Origin: an uncultured bacterium
GTDB lineage: Bacteria > SAR324 > NAC60-12
Assembly: GCA_965662235.1 (NCBI GenBank)
Contig: CBFIGY010000005.1
Coordinates: 32,001-96,000, forward strand
DNA: 64,000 bases
Direction: 5' to 3'
Shown here: positions 1 through 9,115 of the stretch, one piece after another
How positions within the stretch are numbered: position 1 is the first letter of the stretch
Layout of the letters: every line of letters starts with the position of its first letter
Made by a program: the position numbers and the translations under genes
The notes under the pieces: model-generated
What the model was told of the DNA's origin: nothing
The model's database searches: none
Seen by the model: the letters and a program-made list of their open reading frames with translations, nothing else

Positions 1-167
1 ATGCCACCGTCAAGGAGTACCGAGCCGCCACCGGGTTTGAGTGCCTCGTTGGGCACTGGCACCTAGAGCAGCACGGCACTCGCCTGACTGAACTGTTGGC
101 CCGTCCTGAAGCCCAGGCCGTGCTGACGCCTTTTCTCCTGCCGACCTCTCTTTCCAAAGCGTCATGA
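1..167 (+). CDS. mrnC: Mini-ribonuclease III, 3' end (partial; frame starts at nt 3)
   Basis: Not in ORF track. Manual translation ATVKEYRAATGFECLVGHWHLEQHGTRLTELL...KAS* matches the Mini-III C-terminal motif YRxATGFExLxG. Its TGA (165-167) overlaps the next ATG (ATGA). Confidence 0.7.
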   Translation, partial: ATVKEYRAATGFECLVGHWHLEQHGTRLTELLARPEAQAVLTPFLLPTSLSKAS

Positions 168-430
168 CGTTGCTTGCGGCCCTTGTGCTGAGTGTGGTGA
201 CGGTTGCGATCATCGCCTACCCCCTCTTCTTCTCCGGACTGCAGCGGTACCTGCTGCGTCAGGAAAAAACCGAGTTCAACGAGGCTGAATCCCTCCTGGC
301 CGCGCTCAGTGAGCTGGAGGACGACTATCAGATCGGACGACTCGGCAAGAAGGATTACCAGCAGCAGAAGATCCTGCTGCAGCGCCGCTACCTGGAGCTG
401 CGCGACGCCGAAGACGCCGCGTCCTCCTGA
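164..430 (+). CDS. Small membrane-anchored protein, CcmI N-terminus-like
   Basis: N-terminal TM helix, then LxELExDYxxGxL...YQQQK pattern; translationally coupled to upstream gene. Confidence 0.6.
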   Translation: MTLLAALVLSVVTVAIIAYPLFFSGLQRYLLRQEKTEFNEAESLLAALSELEDDYQIGRLGKKDYQQQKILLQRRYLELRDAEDAASS

Positions 431-453
431 CCTTTCACTGAAAAAGGAATCTC

Positions 454-1200
454 ATGTGGGCCGGACTTTCCTGGGAAGCGTTGGCCTTGTGCTGGCTCGT
501 GGTCCTGGGCGCAGGTGTCGTCAGGGGCTACACCGGTTTTGGCTTCTCCGCGCTCGTGGTGGCCACGCATTCGCTGGTGCTGCCTCCGGCTGAGGTGGTG
601 CCGTCTGCCTTCCTCATGGAGATTGTCGCCAGCCTGCACCTCCTTCCGCTGGTGTGGCGAGAGGTGGAGTGGCGCCGCGTGCTGGAACTGGGGGTGGGAG
701 CTGCGCTGGCCATGCCGTTGGGCATCCTGGCCCTGGCCCGGCTTGATGAAGCCTCGGTCCGTCCGCTCGTCTATGGCGTCATCCTCATCTGTGCCCTGCT
801 GTTGCTCAAGGGCATCCGCCTGGAGAAGGGGGGCGGCCGAGCCTTCACGGTGGGCACCGGCATGGTGTCGGGCTTCACCAACGGGGTTGCCGCCGTCGGA
901 GGGCTACCGGTGGTGCTGCTCTTTCTGGCAACGCCAGCGGGCGTGGCCACGTCACGGGCGACGCTGGTGGCGTACCTCTTTGCCGGCGAGCTGTATGCCG
1001 TCTCTTGGCTGGGAACGCAGCAGCTGCTTTCCTGGGACATCGCCCTCCGGGTGCTGGTCTTCTTGCCTGCGCTGGTGATTGGGGTGTGGCTCGGCAACCG
1101 CCGGTTCGTTTCCACGCCTCCGGAGTCCTTCCGAAGGCTGACCCTCTTCCTCCTCCTGAGCCTCTGTGTGCTGGGGCTGGCCAAGAGCTTTTTCCTCTAA
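454..1200 (+). CDS. Sulfite exporter TauE/SafE family membrane protein
   Basis: 248 aa, about 8 TM segments, GVVRGYTGFG and SGFTNGVAAVGGLP repeats; AAGGA RBS. Confidence 0.85.
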   Translation: MWAGLSWEALALCWLVVLGAGVVRGYTGFGFSALVVATHSLVLPPAEVVPSAFLMEIVASLHLLPLVWREVEWRRVLELGVGAALAMPLGILALARLDEASVRPLVYGVILICALLLLKGIRLEKGGGRAFTVGTGMVSGFTNGVAAVGGLPVVLLFLATPAGVATSRATLVAYLFAGELYAVSWLGTQQLLSWDIALRVLVFLPALVIGVWLGNRRFVSTPPESFRRLTLFLLLSLCVLGLAKSFFL

Positions 1201-1287
1201 CGCACCGCCCCATCCGGCTTCCAACGTCTCATCCGGAAGCCACGCCCCCTGATTCTGAAGTTTTTTCGCAGGAATCGGTTTCTGCGT

Positions 1288-1314
1288 TAAAGTTTTCCCC
1301 CCGACTGCCGATGT
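1288..1314 (+). promoter_or_regulatory. Sigma28 (FliA) promoter of flagellin
   Basis: TAAAGTTT-N11-GCCGATGT versus consensus TAAAGTTT-N11-GCCGATAA, 70 nt upstream of the flagellin ATG. Confidence 0.85.
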
Positions 1315-1383
1315 TGGACCCAAGAGCGCTCTACGGTAGCGTTGCCGAGAGTGTTTTTCACTTGTACCACCAAGGAGTCCATC

Positions 1384-2991
1384 ATGGCGATGACAATTCG
1401 ACAAAACCCCACCTCTTTGACGACATTGCGGCATGCGAGCAGCAATTTCGATCGTGTGAAGGGTGGCATCGAGCAATTGAGCTCGGGAACAAAAATCAAC
1501 CGCGGAGCGGACGGCCCTGCGTCGCTCATTGCATCGGAGCGACTGCGCGGACACATTGTGGGCTTGCAGCAAGCCTACAATAACGCCTCCACTTCGGTTT
1601 CACTGGTTCAAACCGCAGAAGGAGCCCTGAATGAAGTCAGCGGCATCCTCGTCCGGTTGAAGCAGCTGACGGTGCACGCGGCCAACGAGGCCGTCAACGA
1701 TCCGGACATGCTCCAGGCTGATCAAATGGAAATTGAGCACCTGCTGAGCACCATGGACCGGATTGCCCGCAACACGGAATTCAACGGCAAGCGACTGCTT
1801 GACGGAAGCATGGGCGCCAACGGAGTGACCGTGGGCGATCACCTGCGCTTCGTGTCGGCAGAATCCTCCACCCCGAACTCCCCGGAGTCCGGATGGAACA
1901 TCGACATCACCCAGGTCGGCACCCAGGCCCAGGTTCGTGGAACCACGGTCATCAACACCGACAACATCCGGGACGGGCTCTTCATTGTGATCAGTGAGGG
2001 CGGCAAGAACGCCACCTTGGACACACGGGAAGGCCAGATTGCCAAGGACATTGCCCAGATCCTGAAGAACCACGATGCGGCCCCTGACCGTTTCAAGGCA
2101 GAGGAAGCCAGCTCTCAGATCCGTGGCATCATCACCTATGCCCTGCAGCAGGAAATGGATGCTGCCGGCACCGACACCTACGTGTTTGAGACCCCCAGCG
2201 GTGAGCTGATGGTCCGGCACAACCAGTTCGGTGACGAGCCTTCCTTCTCCGTGACCAGCTCCATTGCCGGTGTGCTCTCCAAGGAGTCCAACGTCGCTGA
2301 ACTGGCCACCCCAGGAAAGAACGTTGAGGGAACCATCAACGGAGAGGTGGCACTGGGACGGGGACAGCTGCTGACGGCGCTGGAAGGCACCGCAGCCAGT
2401 GGCGCTACTGTCGCCTACACCCGGGAAATCGGCCTCAAGGAGGTTCCGGTCTTTGACGAAAAAGGCGCCAATGTCGGCGTGGAATTCGTGGAAGAGAGCA
2501 ACGAGGAAGTCGTGGGTGGCCCGGTCGAAGGGTACCTGCACATCTCGCAGCAGTCCAAGGAGTTCCCGGTTCACCCGAACAACGAGTTCACTCCGTCGTT
2601 CTCCTTCATCGATGTCCGCTCCCGCCGTTTGGGACAAGGCATCCCAAACAAGAGCGGCTTTGAGAGCCTCGCGGACGTGGACGTCACCTCCACCCAAGGC
2701 GCTCTGGATGCCGGACGGATTGTGGAGAACGTCATTGACGAGGTATCGCAGTTCCGAGCGCAGTTGGGCGGTTTCCAGAAAAACGCACTGGAGGCCAACC
2801 TTGAGAGCCTCAAGATTGCGGAAGAGAACCTGACCAACGCCGAGTCGATGATTCGGGATGCTGATGTGGCAGAGACGATGTCGAAGCTCACCAGTGACCA
2901 GATCATGCTCCAGGCCAGCACGGCCATGGTCGCTCAGGCCAACCAGGTTCCTCGATCGGTTCTGGGACTCGTCGAAGGCGCCGCTCGCTAA
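1384..2991 (+). CDS. fliC: Flagellin
   Basis: N-terminal LSSGTKINRGADGPA and QTAEGALNEV; C-terminal AESMIRDADVA...AQANQVP; AAGGAG RBS before ATG 1384. Confidence 0.95.
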   Translation: MAMTIRQNPTSLTTLRHASSNFDRVKGGIEQLSSGTKINRGADGPASLIASERLRGHIVGLQQAYNNASTSVSLVQTAEGALNEVSGILVRLKQLTVHAANEAVNDPDMLQADQMEIEHLLSTMDRIARNTEFNGKRLLDGSMGANGVTVGDHLRFVSAESSTPNSPESGWNIDITQVGTQAQVRGTTVINTDNIRDGLFIVISEGGKNATLDTREGQIAKDIAQILKNHDAAPDRFKAEEASSQIRGIITYALQQEMDAAGTDTYVFETPSGELMVRHNQFGDEPSFSVTSSIAGVLSKESNVAELATPGKNVEGTINGEVALGRGQLLTALEGTAASGATVAYTREIGLKEVPVFDEKGANVGVEFVEESNEEVVGGPVEGYLHISQQSKEFPVHPNNEFTPSFSFIDVRSRRLGQGIPNKSGFESLADVDVTSTQGALDAGRIVENVIDEVSQFRAQLGGFQKNALEANLESLKIAEENLTNAESMIRDADVAETMSKLTSDQIMLQASTAMVAQANQVPRSVLGLVEGAAR

Positions 2992-3151
2992 TTCGGGCTC
3001 CGTTGAGTCATCGCCAGTTCCCCCTGCTTCTCCTTGAGGGGTGGGGGGACGACGATCTGGCTCGTCCGACGGAATCCGCTTGAGCATTGAGGGCAGGAAG
3101 CCCAAGATACGGTGTTGTTTTCAACACGTGACCTTGCTTCCGGAAGACCTC

Positions 3152-3508
3152 ATGAACTCGATCAGTCCCATCACCACCCACATTCTGGATACGGCTCTAG
3201 GCCGCCCTGCGGCTGGTGTGTCGGTGTCCCTCAGTCGCCTCAAGAGCGACCAGAAGCACTGGGAGGTCTTGGCAGAAGGGATCACCAATGCCGACGGCCG
3301 TGTGACCGATCTGTTGCCCGCAGAGACGGTGTTGCCCCAAGGGGTGTACCGCATGCGCTTTGCAGTCGCTTCCTACTTTGAGCAACAGGGTCAGTCGTCC
3401 TTCTACCCAGAAGTCGACATCCGCTTCCACTTCGAGCATCCCGATCAGCACTACCACATTCCCCTCCTGCTCAGTCCCTTTGGCTTCACGACTTACCGAG
3501 GAAGCTAA
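3152..3508 (+). CDS. uraH: 5-hydroxyisourate hydrolase (transthyretin-like)
   Basis: ITTHILD, TNADGR, HYHIPLLLSPFG and C-terminal YRGS signature. Confidence 0.95.
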   Translation: MNSISPITTHILDTALGRPAAGVSVSLSRLKSDQKHWEVLAEGITNADGRVTDLLPAETVLPQGVYRMRFAVASYFEQQGQSSFYPEVDIRFHFEHPDQHYHIPLLLSPFGFTTYRGS

Positions 3509-3514
3509 ACGCGC

Positions 3515-5071
3515 ATGACGCCTTCTGTTCTGGAACTTCAGGGGATCACCAAAGCGTTTCCCGGAGTCCTCGCCAACGACCACATCGACCTCGACCTGCG
3601 TGCCGGAGAGATCCACACGATCCTCGGCGAGAATGGTGCCGGCAAGTCCACGCTGATGAGCATCATCGCCGGACTGTATGCTCCTGACGAGGGAGAGATC
3701 CGCATTCATGGTCAGCCTGTTGTCTTCCGGAATCCCCGACAGGCCATTGAGCAGGGCATCGGCATGGTGTTTCAGCACTTCATGCTTGTCCGGAACCACA
3801 CGGTGGCTGAAAACATCATCCTCGGTCAACCGGGGGCGCAGGCGCTGGACTTCCGCAAGGTCAACCAGGAGATCCGGGACATCAGCGAGCGCTACGACCT
3901 CCAGGTCGACCCCACCCGTCGGGTCCGGGACCTTTCGGTGGGTGAGCAGCAGCGCGTGGAGATCATCAAGGTGCTGTTCCGAGGCGCCAAGGTTCTGATC
4001 CTAGATGAGCCCACAGCGGTGCTGACGCCACAGGAGTCCGAAGCCCTCTACCGCATCATGCAGCGCATGAGCGAAGGAGGACAGTCGCTGCTCTTCATCT
4101 CGCATAAGATGAAGGAGGTGATGGCGCTCTCGCACCGCATCACGGTCATTCACCACGGACGCTTGATGACGACTCTTCCGCGTGAGGAGACCACTCCGGA
4201 AGCACTTGCGTCGTGGATGATGGGGAATGCCCCCAAGGCCCAGCTGGACGCGGACGAAGCCGTGGTTCTGCAAGAAGCTCAGGCCGAACAGGTGGCGCAG
4301 CAGCAAGAAGAGGCTCAGCTGGGACGAACCCTGATCACCCTCGACTCCGTCCATGCGGTCAACGACTTGGGGCATCCGGCCCTCAAGGGCGTGTCGCTGG
4401 AACTCCGGGCAGGGGAAGTGCTCGGCATGGCAGGCGTTTCTGGAAACGGGCAGCGGGAATTGGCCGAGGTCCTGTGCGGGCTCCGGCCACTGACGTCGGG
4501 GCAGTTTCAGTTTGAAGGCACCCCGCTCACGGCTCCCGAAGTGACCGACCTGATCCAGCGAGGAGTGGGCTACATTCCAGAAGACCGCAAGAAGTTTGGG
4601 GTTGCGCCGGGAATGTCGATCGCTGAAAACTTCCTGCTGCGTGATTTCCAAAATGCGCAATTTTTCCAAAACACGCTGCTCCAGAACCAGGCCATGCAGC
4701 AGTATGGCAGCGAAAAGATGCGCGAGTTTGACGTCCGGGCGCCTTCTGAAAAAACCCGTGTGGGCCTGCTCTCTGGGGGAAACATGCAGAAGGTCATCTT
4801 GGCGCGGGAGACCTCTCGGAAGCTCAAGGTGCTGCTGGCCTGTCAGCCCACCCGAGGCCTCGACATTCACGCCACTCGCTTCATCCGAGAGTCCATTGGA
4901 CGCGGGCGGGAAGCGGGCTTGGCGGTGCTGTGGATCTCCGAAGACCTTGACGAGTTGATGCTGATGTCGGACCGCATCGCCGTCCTCTTTGATGGCCGCA
5001 TTGTCGGCACCTTGACGCGTTCCGAGGCCAGCGTCGACCAAATTGGCCGCATGATGACCGGGATGACCTGA
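3515..5071 (+). CDS. Nucleoside/purine-type ABC transporter ATP-binding protein (two NBDs)
   Basis: GENGAGKS, LSVGEQQ, LDEPT; second NBD with GVSGNGQ, LSGGNMQK, QPTRGLD. Confidence 0.9.
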   Translation: MTPSVLELQGITKAFPGVLANDHIDLDLRAGEIHTILGENGAGKSTLMSIIAGLYAPDEGEIRIHGQPVVFRNPRQAIEQGIGMVFQHFMLVRNHTVAENIILGQPGAQALDFRKVNQEIRDISERYDLQVDPTRRVRDLSVGEQQRVEIIKVLFRGAKVLILDEPTAVLTPQESEALYRIMQRMSEGGQSLLFISHKMKEVMALSHRITVIHHGRLMTTLPREETTPEALASWMMGNAPKAQLDADEAVVLQEAQAEQVAQQQEEAQLGRTLITLDSVHAVNDLGHPALKGVSLELRAGEVLGMAGVSGNGQRELAEVLCGLRPLTSGQFQFEGTPLTAPEVTDLIQRGVGYIPEDRKKFGVAPGMSIAENFLLRDFQNAQFFQNTLLQNQAMQQYGSEKMREFDVRAPSEKTRVGLLSGGNMQKVILARETSRKLKVLLACQPTRGLDIHATRFIRESIGRGREAGLAVLWISEDLDELMLMSDRIAVLFDGRIVGTLTRSEASVDQIGRMMTGMT

Positions 5072-5258
5072 ATCGTCCCGGACCCTCTCTTTCTTTCCTC
5101 TTTGGCACACCCTCTGCTAGAGCATCAAGCATCGCGCCGGCTTCCGTGTGGCGTTTTTTGCAGAAATGCAACGGAGGGCTAAACCAATTCAAACAGTTGA
5201 CGGCCATAATCAGGCATCGTCAATCGATCTTTACATTGTTGAACAAGGTACACCAAGC

Positions 5259-5426
5259 ATGTTGAACTTCAGTCGCCGCTCACTCCTTCAGTTGGCGGGA
5301 CGCTCCCTGACCTCAGAGAAACCGTCTCGAACCGACGGAGCATCCACGCATCCCGAAAAATTCCGTAAAGCGACCGTTGGTGCCGTCGCCTCCTCGCTTT
5401 CCTTCTCGCAGCAACCCTCCTGCTGA
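5259..5426 (+). CDS. Possible 55-aa leader/small protein with SRRxLL motif
   Basis: MLNFSRRSLLQLAG...SFSQQPSC*; weak AAGG RBS; no family recognised. Confidence 0.25.
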   Translation: MLNFSRRSLLQLAGRSLTSEKPSRTDGASTHPEKFRKATVGAVASSLSFSQQPSC

Positions 5427-5441
5427 CCCTCCCTCTTTTTC

Positions 5442-5545
5442 CGTTCCAGCCAGCTTTACGTCTATTTACGAATGGCTGGAATGTTTGAGTTTTTGAATAC
5501 TCTCCGAATGAGGCTGCCCCACACTCATTTCGGAGAAAACTCATG
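5442..5545 (+). promoter_or_regulatory. Tandem hairpins occluding the nifJ RBS
   Basis: CGTTCCAGCCA(5442-5452)/TGGCTGGAATG(5473-5483); TCTCCGAATGAG(5501-5512)/CTCATTTCGGAGA(5524-5536) covers the GGAGA SD. Confidence 0.45.
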
Positions 5546-8500
5546 GCCAAGCATCATATCCTAGACGGAAACGAAGCCGTTGCCGACGTCGCCTATCGCT
5601 TGAGTGAGGTGGTCTGCATCTACCCGATCACGCCCTCTTCACCGATGGGAGAGTGGGCTGACACCTGGAGCGCGGCCAAGCGCGACAACATCTGGGGAGG
5701 ACGTCCGGACGTTGTGGAAATGCAGAGTGAAGGCGGTGCCGCCGGAGCCCTGCATGGAGCCCTGCAGACGGGTGCCCTGGCCACCACCTTCACGGCGTCT
5801 CAGGGGCTGCTGCTCATGCTCCCGAATCTGTACAAGATTGCCGGTGAGCTGACCCCTGCCGTCATCCATGTTGCTGCACGTTCGGTGGCCACACACGCCC
5901 TCTCGATTTTTGGCGACCACTCCGATGTCATGGCCATGCGTCCAGCCGGTTGGACCATGCTGGCCTCCGGAAGCGTCCAGGAGGCCGCCGACCACGCGGC
6001 CATTGCCCACGCGGCCACGCTGCTGTCGCGTGTGCCCATCCTGCACTTCTTCGATGGCTTCCGGACCTCCCATGAGCTGAGTTCCTCTGAGCCCATTCCT
6101 GACGAAGTGCTCGAGCAGCTGGTCTCCGAACCTGCGGTGCAGGCCCACCGGGCACGAGCCCTTTCTCCGGAGCACCCGGTTCTCCGGGGCACGGCTCAGA
6201 ACCCCGACGTCTTCTTCCAGTCCCGAGAGGCCGCTAACCGCTTCTACAACGCGGTTCCGGAACAGGTCCAGCAGGCCATGGACCGCTTTGCAGAACTGAC
6301 GGGGCGCGCCTACCAGGTCTTTGAGTACGTTGGACACCCAGAAGCGGAACGGGTGCTGGTGTTGATGGGATCGGGGGCGGAAACCGCACGGGAAACCGTC
6401 CGGTACCTCCAGGCACAGGGAGACCGTGTCGGGGTGGTGACTGTGCGTCTATACCGCCCCTTCGACGTCCAACGCTTTGCTGCGCTTCTGCCAGACACCG
6501 TCCAGAAGATCGCGGTGCTCGACCGGACCAAGGAACCCGGCGCCCTAGGCGAACCGCTGTTTCTGGATGTTGCGGCAGCCCTCCCCGAAGCCGTACGCAA
6601 CGGATGGCTGAAGCAGGCCCCGCAGGTGGTCGGTGGACGTTACGGACTGTCGTCTAAGGAGTTCACCCCGGCAATGGTCAAGGCGACCCTTGATCACCTC
6701 CAGGAGCCACAGCCACGCCACCCGTTCACCGTTGGCATCGAAGACGATGTGACCGGACTCAGCCTCAGTCTGGATGAAAGCTTCCGCATTGAGTCCTCAG
6801 ACACCTTCCGGGCCATCTTCTACGGCTTGGGTTCTGACGGAACCGTGGGCGCCAACAAGAACAGCATCAAGATCATCGGAGACCTCGACGGGCACTTTGC
6901 GCAGGCCTACTTTGTCTATGACTCCAAAAAGTCCGGAGCCATGACCATCTCGCACCTGCGCTTTGGTCCAGAGCCCATCCGGGCGCCCTACCTGATCGAG
7001 CAGGCGAACTTCATCGGCTGCCACCAGCCCGTCTTCCTGGAACGTCACAACGTCCTCGCGACCGCTCTTCCGGGATCCACCTTTCTCCTGAACACCCCGG
7101 ATGCTCCTGAAGACGCGTGGCACCACCTTCCCCGGCCGCTGCAGGAACAGCTGCTGAACAAGCAGATGCGCTTCCACGTCATTGATGCCGAGCGCATTGC
7201 CCGAGAGGTGGGCATGGGTCGACGCATCAACACCGTGATGCAGGCCGCGTTCTTCAAGGTCAGCGGAGTGCTTCCTGAGGCAGAGGCCAAGGAGGCGATC
7301 CGGAACGCCGTCATGAAGACGTACGCGTCCAAGGGCTCTGCGGTGGTGGAGCAGAACCTCAAGGCGCTGGAAGCCGCCATGCAAGCGGTGCATGAGGTGC
7401 CCTTGCCCACGACTGCCAGCAGCCGCCTGCAGTTCAAGCCTCCCGTGCCAGACGAAGCTCCAGACTTTGTGAAAAACGTGCTGGGCTGCATCATTGCTGA
7501 CGGCGGGAACCAGCTTCCCGTCAGCGCCCTTCCGGAAGACGGAACCTTCCCCACGGCAACAGCACAGTGGGAAAAACGGAACCTGGCTGCAGAGATTCCC
7601 GTCTGGGATCCCAAGACCTGCATTCAGTGCAACAAGTGCCTGATGGTGTGCCCACATGCGGTCATTCGCGCCAAGGTGGTTGAGCCTGAAGCCCTTGAGG
7701 CGGCTCCGGAAGGATTCCTCGCCGTGCCCGCCCGGGACCGCAACTGGGACGGTGGGCAGTACGTGCTGGCCGTTGCTCCGGAAGACTGCACCGGGTGCGG
7801 CCTGTGTGTGGACGTCTGCCCCGCCAAGAACAAATCTCAGACCCGCTTCAAGGCCATCAACATGGAACCGCAGGCGCCGTTGCGAGACGCCGCCGCTGCC
7901 CACTGGAAGTTCTTCACCGAGCTTCCGGAAACCGACCGGCTCAAGATTGACTCCGGAAAGATTCCGCAGCAGCAGTTCCAGCAGCCCCTGTTTGAATTCT
8001 CCGGGGCCTGCTCCGGATGCGGAGAGACGCCTTACGTCAAGCTAGCCTCGCAGCTGTTTGGAGACCGGATGGTCGTGGCCAATGCCACCGGATGCTCCTC
8101 CATCTATGGGGGGAACCTTCCCACCACTCCCTGGGCCACCACCACTGAAGGACGAGGGCCAGCCTGGTCCAACTCCCTGTTTGAAGACAACGCTGAGTTC
8201 GGACTCGGCTTCCGGGTGACGCTTGACCAGCAGCAGCAGACCGCCCTCACGTTGGTGAAGCAGCTGGCGCCGCAGTTGGGAGACACGCTCGTGCAGGCGT
8301 TGCTGGAGGCCGACCAGAGCACCGAGGCCGGTCTCTATGAACAACGAGAGCGGGTGACGCAGCTCCGGCAGGTGCTCCAGAAACTCGACCTCCCGCAAGC
8401 CCGCCGACTGGAAGCCCTCGCTGAAACACTGGTCCGCCGCAGCGTCTGGATCATGGGTGGAGACGGCTGGGCCTACGACATCGGCTTCGGGGGCCTGGAC

Positions 8501-9115
8501 CACGTTCTGGCCAGTGGCCGAGACGTCAACGTGCTGGTGCTGGATACAGAAGTGTATTCCAACACCGGAGGACAGAAGTCCAAATCAACCCCAATGGGCG
8601 CGGTCGCCAAGTTTGCCATGGGCGGAAAGGTTCAGGCCAAGAAAGACCTCGGCATGATGGCCATGAGTTACGGAAGCGTTTACGTCGCCAGTGTCGCCAT
8701 GGGCGCCAAGGATACCCACACCCTCCGGGCCTTCCTCGAAGCCGAGTCGTATCCGGGACCGTCGCTGATCATTGCCTACAGTCACTGCATTGCCCACGGC
8801 ATTGACATGACCACCGGCATGCAGCACCAGAAAGCCCTGGTGCAGTCTGGAAGCTGGCCGCTGTACCGTTTCGACCCTCGTCGCATTGCCATGCACCAAC
8901 CGCCGCTGCAGCTCGATTCCAAGCCCTCTGGCGTTCACCTTTCTCAGTTCCAGGACCTAGAAAACCGCTACCGCATGCTCCGGCAGGCGGATCCGGAGAC
9001 GGCGAAGCACCTGCAGCACGCCGCAGAGGTCGGACTGAATGAGCGGCAACGCTTCTATGAGCACCTAGCGGGCTGGATTCCCGAGCCAATTCCTCAAAAA
9101 CCTGAACAGGAGTGA
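5543..9115 (+). CDS. nifJ: Pyruvate:ferredoxin/flavodoxin oxidoreductase (single-chain PFOR)
   Basis: 1190 aa; YPITPSS, EMQSEGGAAG, GLGSDGTVGA, two ferredoxin motifs (CIQCNKC..CP, CTGCGLCVDVCP), GACSGCGE, TPP motif GGDGWAYDIG. Confidence 0.97.
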   Translation: MAKHHILDGNEAVADVAYRLSEVVCIYPITPSSPMGEWADTWSAAKRDNIWGGRPDVVEMQSEGGAAGALHGALQTGALATTFTASQGLLLMLPNLYKIAGELTPAVIHVAARSVATHALSIFGDHSDVMAMRPAGWTMLASGSVQEAADHAAIAHAATLLSRVPILHFFDGFRTSHELSSSEPIPDEVLEQLVSEPAVQAHRARALSPEHPVLRGTAQNPDVFFQSREAANRFYNAVPEQVQQAMDRFAELTGRAYQVFEYVGHPEAERVLVLMGSGAETARETVRYLQAQGDRVGVVTVRLYRPFDVQRFAALLPDTVQKIAVLDRTKEPGALGEPLFLDVAAALPEAVRNGWLKQAPQVVGGRYGLSSKEFTPAMVKATLDHLQEPQPRHPFTVGIEDDVTGLSLSLDESFRIESSDTFRAIFYGLGSDGTVGANKNSIKIIGDLDGHFAQAYFVYDSKKSGAMTISHLRFGPEPIRAPYLIEQANFIGCHQPVFLERHNVLATALPGSTFLLNTPDAPEDAWHHLPRPLQEQLLNKQMRFHVIDAERIAREVGMGRRINTVMQAAFFKVSGVLPEAEAKEAIRNAVMKTYASKGSAVVEQNLKALEAAMQAVHEVPLPTTASSRLQFKPPVPDEAPDFVKNVLGCIIADGGNQLPVSALPEDGTFPTATAQWEKRNLAAEIPVWDPKTCIQCNKCLMVCPHAVIRAKVVEPEALEAAPEGFLAVPARDRNWDGGQYVLAVAPEDCTGCGLCVDVCPAKNKSQTRFKAINMEPQAPLRDAAAAHWKFFTELPETDRLKIDSGKIPQQQFQQPLFEFSGACSGCGETPYVKLASQLFGDRMVVANATGCSSIYGGNLPTTPWATTTEGRGPAWSNSLFEDNAEFGLGFRVTLDQQQQTALTLVKQLAPQLGDTLVQALLEADQSTEAGLYEQRERVTQLRQVLQKLDLPQARRLEALAETLVRRSVWIMGGDGWAYDIGFGGLDHVLASGRDVNVLVLDTEVYSNTGGQKSKSTPMGAVAKFAMGGKVQAKKDLGMMAMSYGSVYVASVAMGAKDTHTLRAFLEAESYPGPSLIIAYSHCIAHGIDMTTGMQHQKALVQSGSWPLYRFDPRRIAMHQPPLQLDSKPSGVHLSQFQDLENRYRMLRQADPETAKHLQHAAEVGLNERQRFYEHLAGWIPEPIPQKPEQE

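Noticed and set aside
5543..9115. Nitrogen fixation inferred from nifJ
   Set aside because: No nif structural genes; PFOR is a general metabolic enzyme
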